A stretch of 63,310 bases of DNA, filler included, from Octopus bimaculoides (GCF_001194135.2; 8 parts of 7 records of this genome joined end to end with filler, not necessarily neighbours in it), one strand, 5' to 3'; positions 1-12,139 are shown, counted from the first letter of the whole stretch. Notes: generated from the sequence alone by a model not told the origin. Made by a program: numbers and translations.

Positions 1-190
1 ATAAAATAAAATAACATAAAAATGGATGGCACCATGAAAGAAAGTATTGAATGTAGATGAAATATTGAGTGTTCAATATAAAGGATCAAATATATAAATA
101 TATAAATATAAATATATATATATAAAGGCGACTCGAGTTTCAGGGCTATTTCCCTTCGTCATGGCCGGTATGACAGACTTTAACAGACTA
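1..190 (-). mobile_element. Penelope-like terminal repeat fragment; near-identical inverted copy at about 31160-31360
   Basis: 1-190 is the reverse complement of about 31160-31360. It contains a hammerhead-like core (TGACGA-AGGG..CCCT-GAAAC), typical of Penelope-like terminal repeats. Confidence 0.6.
127..166 (-). ncRNA. Minimal type I hammerhead-like motif (variant core)
   Basis: Minus strand: GGC-CAUGACGA-AGGG(AAAUAG)CCCU-GAA-ACUCGAGU-C-GCC. Stem I 3 bp, stem II 4 bp, palindromic stem III, GUC triplet; extra A in the core. Confidence 0.5.
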
Positions 191-404
191 TATATGCATA
201 TATATTTATACATATGTATATATATTATATGTATACATACATACACATATATATATATATGTTTTTTTGCAACGTCATGTACCCAGTTATGTATCTATAT
301 CTACATGTAGATGAAGGTATGAACATACATGTACATATATATGCATATACTCATATATTGTTTATATATATGTATACATATATCCGTATGCATTATATAT
401 ATAT

Positions 405-705
405 ATATTCTTTTGTTTCAGTTATTAGACTGCGGCCCTACTGGGGCACCACTTTGAAGAATTTTAGTCGAATGAATTGACCCCAGTATTTTGTTTTTAA
501 GCATGGTACTTATTCTAGCGTTCTCTTTTGCCGAACCGCTGTGTTACGGGGACGTAGACAAACCAACGGCGGTTGTCAAGCGGTGATGGGGGAGAAACAC
601 GCGCGCGCGCACCCACCCACACACATACACACACACAGTGCGTCTGAACTCGGAACTATGAGGGTAAACAGTAAGCTTCTTACCATACAGCCACTCCTGT
701 GGCTA
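405..705 (-). mobile_element. tRNA-derived SINE, family A (CCTTGGGCAAGT-type core, internal microsatellite), degenerate
   Basis: Reverse complement of the family blocks CCCCGTAAC..AGCGGTTCGGCAAAAGAG and GGCCGCAGTC; head remnant at 640-705. Confidence 0.8.
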
Positions 706-730
706 TAAAAATTAATTAAGTTAATTAAGT

Positions 731-789
731 TGCGTCGGCCAGAAATCGAACTCGGTCAACCCGCGTGCACTCTCCCACTGAACTACATG
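731..789 (-). pseudogene. tRNA-Gly-derived pseudogene with anticodon-arm deletion
   Basis: Minus strand GTAGTTCAGTGGGAGAGTG-CACGCGGGTTGACCGAGTTCGATTTCTGGCCGACGCA parallels tRNA-Gly(GCC) GTGGTTCAGTGGTAGAAT...CACGCGGGAGGCCCGGGTTCGATTCCCGGCCAATGCA (recalled) but lacks the anticodon. Confidence 0.6.
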
Positions 790-814
790 TTCTGCTTTTT
801 TTTTTGTTTTATTC

Positions 815-995
815 TTCTATTTGTGTCAGTCATTTCACTGCGGCCATGCTAGAGCACCGCCTTTAGCTGAGCATATCGACCCCACGACTTATTCTTTGTA
901 AGCCTAGTACTTATTCTATCGGTCTCTATTGCCAAACCGCTAGTTTACGGGGGCGTAAACACACCAACATCGGTTGTCAATCGATGGTGGGGGAA
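815..995 (-). mobile_element. SINE family A, 3' half
   Basis: Reverse complement of the 3' half of the copy at 1001-1400. Confidence 0.85.
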
Positions 996-1000
996 AAGAG

Positions 1001-1400
1001 TGGCTCTGTGGTAAGAGGCTTGCTTACCAACCACATGGTTCCGAGTTCATTCCCACTGCGTGGCACCTTGAGCAAGTGTCTTCTACTATAGCCTCGGGCC
1101 GACCAAAGCCTTGTGAGTGGATTTGGTAGACGGAAACTGAAAGAAACCCGTCGTATATATATGTATATATATATATATATATGTATGCGTGTGTATATGT
1201 TTGTGTCTGTATTTGTTCCCCCAACATCGCTTGGCAACCGATGGTGGTGTGTTTACGTCCCCGTAACTTAGCGGTTCGGCAAAAGAAACCGATAGAATAA
1301 GTACTAGGCTTCCAAAGAATAAGTCCTGGGTCGATTTGCTCGACTAAAAGCGGTGCTCCAGCATGGCCGCTGTCAAATGACTGAAATAAATAAAAGAGTA
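1001..1400 (+). mobile_element. SINE family A, near full length
   Basis: A box (TGGCTCTGTGGT), B-box-like GAGTTCATTCC, GGCACCTTGAGCAAGTGTCTTCTACTATAGCC core, internal (TA)n, 3' tail ending GACTGAAATAAATAAAAGAG. Confidence 0.9.
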
Positions 1401-1405
1401 AAGAG

Positions 1406-1413
<8 letters not shown>

Positions 1414-1492
<79 letters not shown>
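1414..1492. repeat. (TG)n microsatellite followed by further SINE A fragments (1500-1900)
   Basis: Pure TG run read directly. Confidence 0.95.
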
Positions 1493-1494
<2 letters not shown>

Positions 1495-2150
1495 ATATAC
1501 GACGCACTTCTTCCAATTTCCGTCTACCAAATCCACTCACAAGGCTTTGGTTGGCCCGAGGCTATAGTAGAAAACACACTTGCCCAAGGTGCCACGCAGT
1601 AACACATAACACACACACACACGCGCGCACACACACATACATATATGCATGTATATATGTATATATATGTTTCTGTGTATGTGTGTGTGAGTGTGCGTGC
1701 GAGAGCGTGCGAACGCGAGTCTACATTTGTTCTCTCGCACTGATTAGCAGCTGATGGTTTGTTTAGGTCCCCGTAACTAAGCGGTTTGAGAAAGAGACAC
1801 CTAGAGAATGTACCAGACTTCCAAGTAATTATACTGAGGTAGGTCTCACGTAACAAACCCTTCCACTAGTAAGGCTGCAGTCTAATGACTGAAACAATTA
1901 AACAAAAAACATATGTTGATTTCTAACATTGGCACAAAGTAACACGTTTTAGAGGAGAGTTTAGTTAATTAAACTGGAGAAAGCACTTGACTGATACTCT
2001 ATGTTATCGATCTCAGAAAGAATGAAAGTTAAATTCGATTTCAGCATCATTTAACCTTAGAAAGGATATAACACAATATCACAGAGCAATTTACTGTTGT
2101 ATTGATTCACCCACTCTGCTGTATTTAAGATATTACTAATAGCTGTCACG

Positions 2151-2227
2151 TACCGCTTAGCTTAATGGTACAGAGCACTCAGCCAGTATCTGTGAGGTAC
2201 GGGGTTCGATTCTCCGTAACCGCCGGC
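2151..2227 (+). pseudogene. Degenerate tRNA-like sequence (Thr-AGT-like)
   Basis: TAGCTTAATGGT A box, CTCAG-CCAGTAT-CTGTG anticodon arm, CGGGG-TTCGATT-CTCCG T arm; acceptor stem does not pair. Confidence 0.45.
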
Positions 2228-2244
2228 TGACTTTCTTTGTTTTA

Positions 2245-2690
2245 GGGCGGCGAGCTGGCTGAATCGTTAGCACAGCGGGCAAAATGATTAACATTTCGTC
2301 TATCTCTACGTTCTGAATTCAAATTACGCTGGGGCTAACTTTGTCTTTTATCCTTTCAGGGTCGATAAACCAAAGAGCAGTTGAACACTGGGGTCGATGT
2401 TAACGACTTATCCCACTCTCTCGAACTTGTTGGCCTTGTGCCGAAGTGTGAAACTAATATATTACCGATATCTAAAGCGACTTGCTGGCCGGACCGTTAC
2501 CGCATCTGACGAAATACTACGCGGCATTTCGTCTGTTTTTATGCTCGGAGTTCAAATTCCGGCGAGGTCGACTTTGTCTTTCACCCTATTCTGATTGATA
2601 AAATAATACCGGTTGAGTGTACTGGGTCGAAATAACCGACTTATTCCCTCCGACGAAATTGCTGGCCTTGTGACAAAATTTGAAGCCAAT
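2245..2690 (+). mobile_element. Two tandem copies of tRNA-derived SINE family B (GGCGGCGAGCTGGC...GGGGTCGAT type)
   Basis: GGCGGCGAGCTGGCTGAATCGTTAGCAC head, GAGTTCAAATTCC B box, CTTTCATCCTTTCGGGGTCGATAA block and GCTGGCCTTGTG tail, present twice. Confidence 0.85.
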
Positions 2691-3453
2691 ACATTACTGA
2701 TATCTAACATTGGTACAAAACCATATGTTTTGCGGAAACATTAGAGCCAATTATATTACATCTAGTAGATAATTATATTACACCTAGTAGATAATTGGTA
2801 AATTATTTTATCGATCTCGAAGAGGAAAGGGAAAATGGGATAAAAAAAGGAATCAAATCTATATCTCAAGTTCGAGGCCAGTCATACGGCGCTCACCATG
2901 TATGTATGTATGTATGTATGTATGCACATATATCACAAATGCACTCATCCATCCATACATACATACATACATATACACATACATACATATATATTTACAT
3001 ATATACATATATATATATGCATACACATAAACACATCCGTGTTATATGCATGAATCTTTGTGTCTGTGTTTGTCACTGCTTGGCACCTTCTGTTGGTACA
3101 TGTTTCCATCACATAGCGGTTCGGCAGATAATATCCGATAGAATAAATAGCAGACTTAAAGAAAATACTGAGGTTGATTTGATGGAGTAAACTTTTCAAT
3201 ATGGCGTCCTTGTATCGCCACAGACCATTGACCGAGAGAAATAAAAGTAACTGAAAAAGTCACGTTGGTTTCTAACACACAAAAATAGGGTAGGAGTTTA
3301 GTAACTCTATGAAGAGAGAATTTCGCCGAAATCAAAGCCATTTCTTTGTTTAATGAATAAAGGCAGATTGAGACTCATTTAGATTTTTCTTCACTCACGT
3401 TTGTGGGGTATGGTGTTTTAAATTAGCTAATCAGCGCGCGTGTTTCTGCGTGC

Positions 3454-3489
<36 letters not shown>

Positions 3490-5085
3490 GTGCGTGTGCG
3501 TGTGTGTGTTTGTGTGAGCGAGTGAGTGTAAGAATGCGAGGGTATTCTGTGTGTATGTATGTTTGCGCATAATAAGTCCGTTAAGCCAACGGCAGCACTC
3601 CAGGAGTTGGGTGGGTAACTAATTTTCAGTTCCCATCTGTATTTAATACACTTTACTAACGATGCCAATGACTGTGAGAAAGGCATGTATCTCACAACTT
3701 CTATTTTATCCACACCTTGAATTTCGCAGCTGATCTGCGGTTATTATTCAAAATTATCAGTTGATTCTTTCCAATCAATTCTTTCAAGCAAAGAAACATG
3801 CGTGCACACATGCCTTATATAACTAATTTCATTATTATATTTAGTCGACACATCCTCACAAATACATTTGTTTACATAAACCTCCAAATTTATCTACAAC
3901 GAACAGGATTGGTTGAATATTTTATCAACTGGGAATTGCTTATTTAGATTCTATTTTCAAGCTTCGAAATATATATCTCCACATACTCTCTTTCTTGGTC
4001 AACTAATTGCATCAGCCGCATAGGTTACTGTGAGCACCAACTTTTCACAGCGCTGTTCAAGTGAGTAGTTCATAATTTTCCTGCTATTAAGACTGTCATC
4101 TCACAATATGATATTCGTATCTGATTACTGGTGTGTACTTGAAATTGGAGGGCGTTCTTTAAAATAAACATCATTTGATAGACGGGTTGAAAGCGGTGGC
4201 GTATCCGCAAACAATTCCCCAATCAGTTCGTATACTTTCTACATCAACTTGATTACGTATTTAGCAGAGAAAATAATAATCGTTTATAAATGTAAGAATA
4301 TATAAGCGAATATTATCCATGAAATAATATGTAAACTGATTGGTGAAAAATATACTAGACGCGCTTTAGCAGCTATTTCAAACGTGAGATATTAGCCAGC
4401 CATTACCTTAAACGAACCACCAGAGTAGTTACAGGGTGGTGAAAGTTTTCGCATATATTTCAAGAAAAGCTCATAAAAATCGAGAAGTAATGCAAAGAAT
4501 GGCAGATGCTGTCATCTTTAATATTATATATATCAATGAAAGTTCCATTTCGGCGCCTATGTATTCTTTGACATGCATTCATGCATACAACATAGTTCCA
4601 TCCCAACCGACATACCTATTCATACTCTGACATATAGGCCTACGTATACATAAAATACTGGCACACACACTAATGCAAATATACACGTCTACAATAGGAA
4701 CATTGACAAAATATATTTACCCATACATCAAGATATGCAATTATTTATTTATCTGGCCACCATATGAACGCAGGCTGTATCGTCTAATGAAGCAGTCAAC
4801 TGAGAACAACTTCTTGACATAGGAATGCAAACAACAACAATTTGACACTAACGCTCAAGAAATTTAATACGCGAAATGACTGGAAAAACGTGGTAAAAAC
4901 ACAGATTTATTTCCGATATTTGTTGGGCAAATCGGAGAAAGGAGAAAGCCACTGAGAGCAACAAGCCATTGAGTCAAAAGAGAAAACAAGAAAAGAAAAG
5001 AAATATGAAGATATTCCTCTCAGAGCAGCGAGTGTGTAACAGCTATCATTTCAGTCTCTAAATTTTCCTAATTCTTATGTTTGAG

Positions 5086-5120
5086 GATGAAGTTTGACAT
5101 TTTAAAGGATGAGATACAAG
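5086..5120 (+). CDS. Candidate 35-nt internal exon (MKFDILKDEIQ), gene unknown
   Basis: CTAAT branch-like motif, pyrimidine tract and AG at 5084-85; AAG|GTATGT donor; open frame. No homology recognised. Confidence 0.25.
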
Positions 5121-5624
5121 GTATGTGATGTTCATGCCTTTCCCAAAGTAATCAGCCACATAAGTGAAGCTAAGATAGATCTAATCACAGAATGAAACCA
5201 ATTTGTATGACCAGCTCGTGAATGTCTTGCATTTATTGTAACAGCATTCACTTCGCTTTTAGAAACATAAAACTAATTTTAATGCTGTAACTAGGGGTTT
5301 TTTTTCTCCGGAAGTTAGTTTAGTATTACTTTCAAAAATATTCGGTTAACATCAGCGAATGTTTCAAACCACTTCGGTTTGTAACATATTAGAGAGGCGC
5401 CAAAATGTAGATTTATGGTAGGAGAGATTCATTGATTGAGCACTAAAATTTTATATTCAGTATGTCAGGTACAAATCTTCTTCCTAAATGCACGCTTTAC
5501 TGGTTTAGAGTAATCTTAGGTTTCACATTGTTACATCTGGGTTTGCTATATAATGGTTTTCTGAGCATCAGGAAGCCATTATTAAGTATATCTTCATAGC
5601 TTAAATGAATTGGCTCTTCAACTT

Positions 5625-5640
5625 GCTGCTGCTGCTGCTG

Positions 5641-5698
<58 letters not shown>
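5625..5698. repeat. (CTG)n(CTA)n compound trinucleotide repeat
   Basis: Read directly; source of the poly-L and poly-T ORFs. Confidence 0.95.
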
Positions 5699-5714
5699 AT
5701 TGTTTTCAAAAGTT

Positions 5715-6170
5715 TCAAGCGAGTTTCGGCTGCACCCTCAGCTGCACCTCTGCTCAAGTGGCATGTGCGATACAATCTGGGAGTTTAGAAATTTTGTTTG
5801 TATGTTACAAATATTTTGTTTAGGGATGGCTTTATTATTTCAGGTGTTTAATGTTTTGTCTTTTTGTCGTGTAGAATGAGTACAACATGAATTGTGTTGT
5901 TTCGTTGGATAGTGATTCTGTTTATTTCGTGTAGTTTGTGAGTTGTGTTATGTGATTCAGTGTTGGGTTGTGATCGTGTTGAGTATGTACTGTGTGAGTT
6001 GTAGCATATTGTTAGGTTGCGATTCTGTACACGATGAATTATGTGAATTGTTGGTGTGTTGCGTGAGTCGTGTTCTTGTTTTTTGGGGTGATGTTTGTTG
6101 AGATCAGGGATAATAAAAAATGGTTGACTTCGACTTATCGCTGGTGACTGCAATTGTCCAGAGTGCATCG
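5715..6170 (-). mobile_element. Degenerate Penelope-like 3' end (GIY-YIG C-terminal-like peptide followed by a hammerhead relic)
   Basis: Minus-strand peptide LNKHHPKKQEHDSRNTPTIHIIHRVQNRNL resembles a GIY-YIG C-terminus; downstream GG-TGCAGC..TGCAGCC-GAAAC at 5715-5760. Confidence 0.4.
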
Positions 6171-6207
6171 ATAAAATCTTATAAATATTAAAACGTTAAA
6201 TTGTTCA

Positions 6208-6265
<58 letters not shown>

Positions 6266-7643
6266 GTATGTATGTATGTATCTATGCATGTATTTATATA
6301 TCGCGATTCTTCCCATCAGAAAGCATTGCCGCAGTAGCATACTCTAGCAGCTTTTCTACAACCATAAAGGTTGTACAACCATAGCGGAGAAATACTTCAT
6401 GATATCCTCTTATCACAATACCGCATTTTTTAACGGTATTGCTAAAATTAGTTAATTTCTCAGCCCTCTCGATGGAGAGACTAGATAGCCGCTAGTTGAA
6501 ACTCTGACTTACTGGTAGATTTATTTATTTGGTAATCTCTGAGTAATGTGGAGTAAATCTAAGAGTGGGTTTTTATGTTTGCATTCAGGAATTCGGTTAC
6601 CAGTTTTTTTTCTTTCAGTGATAAAGTACAATCTACGTCCGTTTCAAGTAATAACTATTTGGTGATGTTAGAAAATTAAATAAGATACCTCTATAGAATG
6701 TATTGTCAAAATGACTCTCTTTCAAGCTTGCTGTTTGCATTTCTAACAACGGATAATGTTAACACTTGAAACGTTCGTATATTATTTTATTACTGGTAAA
6801 GATAGGTCTTGGAATAATTATTTAAACTCTAAAAATGATTTACTAATGCTTAAAATAGAAGCCATTGGTAATAAATTGGTGCTATGAATGTACATATCGC
6901 TTAAACCCTATGGTGAATTCATTAAACTTTAAAATTAACATACCGTTTACTGAAAATTAATCAAGGCTCTGCAAGTTTTGATGAGATGGAGAGATAAAAA
7001 AGCTAGGGAGCCCCTAGTTTTGGAAATACGTAGTGCGAGTTGTGTTCAGTTCAATGAATTGAAAATGCCTTGCTTAGGATACGAACTTTGTTTAGCAGGG
7101 TGTAACCATGTAAAATGGCGTCTTTTTTGTTTTCCTTTACCATAACTATTATTCAACTTCCAGCATACAGTTTATATCCAGTTCAAGATCTTTCTTCTTC
7201 GATAATTCGTCAACTTTCACCCTCCCGGGTGATGCCTATTAAACTGAAATAGTTTCATTTCTGTTGCCTACGGAAAAACATGTCGCAAATACAGCCAGAC
7301 TGTTGTTATATATCGTATTTGCTACATTTTTGTACTTCTTTTAAATTTTCGTGTCCAAATATCCGCATTTTGTTCAATAGATATAGATGCCGACTATATC
7401 GTGTCTTTATACATACTTGTACTTTAACGCTCCAAGACCTAGACAGCCCCAAAATAACGTGGTTTGTCTTACTGTACAGATAGCGTAATCTATAGCCCAT
7501 ATCGCTTTCTTCTTTCATTACGTTCTCATAAGTTTCTGTATTGATTTAGTGCAGCTAAAATCAGACCTTCCGTTTGTTGTTTTTGTCCAGGGTTTATTAA
7601 CAATGTAGGCGGGGAAATATATATATATGTATGTATAAATACA

Positions 7644-7683
<40 letters not shown>

Positions 7684-7684
7684 C

Positions 7685-7715
<31 letters not shown>

Positions 7716-7821
7716 CACATATATATACATATATATATATATATACACACACACATATATATTCATATATATATATATATATATATACATAGGCGGGGAA
7801 ATATACACACACACACACACA

Positions 7822-7856
<35 letters not shown>

Positions 7857-9113
7857 TCATACAGACACGTACATACAAATGTCTGCAAATGTGTGTGGGT
7901 ATTTTGTTGTGAACATCATTTAGTAAAAGTAGGCAGTTTTAAATGTTTATTCGCTTGGATCAACCAGCGATATATTATTAGTTCTAGCTTATGATCCTCT
8001 CATCTTTAGCAAACCGTTGAGCAAATTAGATTCCATTCAATTTCATTTTCTCCGTTTTAATTTTCGTATAGTCCAGAATTGCTTCTATATTTGTATAAGA
8101 AAACTCGTAACTACAGCGTGTCGAATAACTGGGCAGCAACCTGAAGATATCGGGCGACAAGTTTGCCTTTGTTAATCAGCACGAGTCATTAACGATAATC
8201 TGAGACGATTCATATAATCGCTCGACCCCACCAGATCAGTCAGCTCTCAGAATTAAATCACAGCAATAAAGAGATTTCAATCGATAAGAGATTTCATCAT
8301 GTATGTTATCAGATCCGCTATTCTGCTTGAGTACAGCGTCAAGCTGTCTGCTTTATAAATTCCTTATTTTCACGAAGCCATCCCCACAAACACAGAATTC
8401 TAATCGCCAAATGCATTCTAATCCACCTGCTTTTCATGCAATTCTATTTGGTCAACGTTTCATGTTTGACCAAAAAATCCACTGTCACATCACAGAGATT
8501 TAATTATCTAATTTTCTGTAGAGAAATAAGATGAAAGAAAACAACTTCCTTTTCCAAATTTGAATTACAATAGCAGTATGTATTTCGTGAACATGATTTG
8601 GTCTGAAAATTATAGAATAACATCTGAGAGGGCTATATCACAAGCAAAATAACTTGAAAGTGATATCTTGCTGTTTTCATTGTTCCCAAATGTCATGACA
8701 TTTCATTGTTCTGAACTAGAAGTCTAAGAGGAAAACTTTTCATTATATCAACCATATCTCACGGTGGTGCACCAGCATGACCGCAGCCACTTGGCTGAAA
8801 CACATAAATAGATAAAATATAAAAAATAGATATGGCTAATACTGCCGTGTTACGAATTGTAGGGTCCCTGCATGCACATGCATCTTTGATCTTCTCCGAT
8901 TAGCAATGATAGCTGAATGGGAATCAATTAGATACTTAAAATCAGCACAGAAGATTAGAAACTAACTACAATTCAAATATATGATACAAAAATTGTGCGT
9001 CAGATAAAATTCTGACAAACTTGAAAAGATGAAAGTATTATAAGAATAAGAAAAAAAAAGAAAATGTTTGCATATCTCTTCACATGTTTGTAACTTTGTA
9101 CATTTTCTGACAG

Positions 9114-9267
9114 AGATAGACGTCTTGATGGAGCCCTACGGCAAATCGTCTCTAATACTGAAATGAATGTTCTCAAAAGGCTTTGTATTCATTATCAATC
9201 CCCCATAACAAATGAAGATTTACATTCTTTAAAAAATTACATTCTTTACAATTTTATAAATCCGTAA
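9114..9267 (+). CDS. Candidate terminal exon (DRRLDGALRQIV...YNFINP*), gene unknown
   Basis: Pyrimidine tract and CAG at 9111-13, 50 open codons, TAA at 9265-67, AATAAA at 9333-38. Confidence 0.3.
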
Positions 9268-9625
9268 ACCTTAATTACATTGCAATACTAAGATATATAA
9301 CAAGTACCTTGACACAACTGGTGTGTGTATAAAATAAACATTCACAAAATTATATATACAATATAAATTATAATACTCACATGCATTTATATACGTGTGT
9401 GATGTATGTGTGTCGATAATTAAACACTTCAAAATTAAAAGAAAACTTCAGAGGTAAAAGTAATATGCGAGAGAACAAACCGTTATTTTAACACAGGCAA
9501 ATTGATAGCTACATAGGCAGATAGACAGATAAGCATATGTAAATACATACATGCATATATTCATACATACATGCATGCATACATACATACATACATACAT
9601 ACATACATACATACGCACATATGTA

Positions 9626-10345
9626 CCTGGTGCTCAAAAGGGACAGAAATGAAAGAAAAGCTGTAAAATATGACAACCAATGCAAACTTTGTGGAGTTCA
9701 CACTGAAGATATCACCTACATCATAAGTAGTTGTCCGAAAAATGTCATCACGGTATTATCTACCGATGAGACATGACGTTGTAGGTAGGACACTCTATAA
9801 TGAAATCTGTCGGAAGGATAATCCGGAGGGCAAAGAAAATAAAATCCCACAATATGGTAGAAGCCATAGCCACTCATAATAAAAAGGAATATTAGTAGAA
9901 TGTACCAGTGAAGACCTCAATAAAATGTAAGAACAACAGACCTGTTATAATGATTTGGGATAGAGAAGAGAAACTGTGTACAGTTATGGAAATTAGCTGC
10001 CAGCGGATGTTAACTTAAAGCTGAAGATCGATGAAAAAGAGAACACCTATGCTGGACTATTGAGAAATCTGCAGTCACTCTATCCAGATTACAAGTTCAG
10101 GTTCATACCTGTAATTATTGGGCCTTGGGATGTGTAACACACTGCCTAAATGCCAATCTTGAGAAATTAGGCTTCTCAAAACTAGAAAGGAAAAAGCTAA
10201 TTCGAAGACTACAGATCCAATCCATCAATGGAACTGTAAAAATCTGTAAAACTTTCCAGAGGTTTATCATTTAAATATATATGAGTATGTCTAGATATGT
10301 AACTATATGCATGAGAATACATACATAAAAACATACAAATCTGCA
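9626..10345 (+). mobile_element. 5'-truncated RLE-type LINE (R4/Dong-NeSL group), zinc knuckle plus restriction-like endonuclease, frameshifted
   Basis: CKLCGVHTEDITYIISSC, RHDVVG, RPVIMIWDREEKLCTVMEISC, FIPVIIG motifs; stop at 10272-74; flanked on both sides by (TACA)n. Confidence 0.85.
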
Positions 10346-10677
10346 CATACATACATACATGCATACATACATACATACATACACACATACATACATACAT
10401 ACATACATACATGCATGCATGCATGCATATATACATACATACATGCGTTCGTGCGTGCATACATACATACATACATGCATGCATACATACATACATACAT
10501 ACATACCCTGTTGTTGATGTTGAAATTCCAATGAAGAAACCTTGAATCTAGGTTAGAAACCGGTTCTTTCTCTATTGGCAAGAAATCTTGAAATAAACTG
10601 AATAATGACATACATACATACGTGTGTATGTCATTATTGAGTTTATTTCAAGAGTGAGCGTGTGTGTGTGTGCACAC

Positions 10678-10711
<34 letters not shown>

Positions 10712-10712
10712 G

Positions 10713-10746
<34 letters not shown>

Positions 10747-10880
10747 TGGGAAGTTTTATCAGGGTAACTCAAACGTCAGGGTGACACTCTGAGTGCTCAT
10801 ATTCCGATTTGAACTGCAGTTGAAGTTGTGCTTTTGTGATAGCCCTATCCAAAGCGGCTAGAAATGGCTTCTTGATTCAG

Positions 10881-11192
10881 TAGGTACAAGCTAAAGTAGA
10901 AAGGAAAGGCAAACAATTTGGCAAGATTTGACAAGGACATTTAGTTTAATTTAGCTATATAATGAAAGGTAAAGATAGTCTCTGACAACTGCTTCTGGAA
11001 TATCTCAGCTATTGGAACAACGTGCCGAGATACTCAGCATATGGAATGTTCGCTCGAAACGATGTTCCAATATCTGGGATATCCCAGAAGCAGCTATCAG
11101 AGACTATCTTTACCTTTCATTATATAGCTAAATTAAACTAAATGTCCTTGTCAAATCTTGCCAAATTATTTGCTTTCCTTTCTACTTTAACC

Positions 11193-11195
<3 letters not shown>
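10881..11195. repeat. Long inverted repeat (about 130-bp arms, 37-nt loop)
   Basis: 10892-11022 is the near-exact reverse complement of 11060-11189; lies between two (GATA)n arrays. Confidence 0.95.
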
Positions 11196-11256
<61 letters not shown>

Positions 11257-11386
11257 CTTCCGCTAAATATATCAAACAAGTTTACACTCTTTCATCATAA
11301 AAGAATCGGTCATTCTTAATGTTCATGCTCTGCTGAAACTTATCTCTTTCTTTGTCTATTTCTGTCTGTTTTCCTCCTTCCTTGCA

Positions 11387-11473
<87 letters not shown>

Positions 11474-11514
11474 CTATCTCTGTATGTATGCATGTGTATG
11501 TATGTACGTATGTA

Positions 11515-11772
11515 TGTCACGTGATCACTCGTTCATATGACCAACCAGACTATCAGATTTCGTTACACATCGCTATTCACAATGCGCTTTGCATCATTTT
11601 AACCTTCGAATGACGCCATCTCACTGGCTTGGTGTGCAGGTCACCATTCCCTTCAGATCTAAAGCGGGACTGGGGACTGCAATAACGTGAAATGAAGTGT
11701 TTTGCTTAAGAACACAGCATGGCACCCAGCGATCGTGAGTGAGACAGCCTAACTACTGGGCCATACGTCTTC
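11515..11772 (-). mobile_element. tRNA-derived SINE family C (GTGTTCTTGAGCAAAACAC core)
   Basis: Minus strand has an A box (TGGCCCAGTAGTTAGG) and GTGTTCTTAAGCAAAACACTTCATTTCACG; related to the copy at 12551-12830. Confidence 0.7.
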
Positions 11773-11860
11773 GCATGAATGTATACACGCATAAACATAC
11801 ACACACACAGATACACGCACACGCACACAAACACACACGCACACATGCCCACACACACGT

Positions 11861-11898
<38 letters not shown>

Positions 11899-11917
11899 NN
11901 NNNNNNNNCACACACAC

Positions 11918-11989
<72 letters not shown>

Positions 11990-12139
11990 TAGAAACATAT
12001 ACAAATATACGCACGCATGCACACATGTACATACATGGATATAAAAATGATGTTATGCATTTATATTCAAATTACAGCGGTACAGGACTATAAACTTACA
12101 GAATTGCAAATTTGCAAAATTTAAAACGTGCAAACTTGC

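Noticed and set aside
1024-1754. ORFs rich in HT, CV, YI, MYVC, LSIY repeats throughout the window
   Set aside because: These are translations of microsatellites and SINEs.
731-2227. Functional tRNA genes at 731-789 and 2151-2227
   Set aside because: One lacks the anticodon arm and the other has an unpaired acceptor stem; kept only as pseudogenes.
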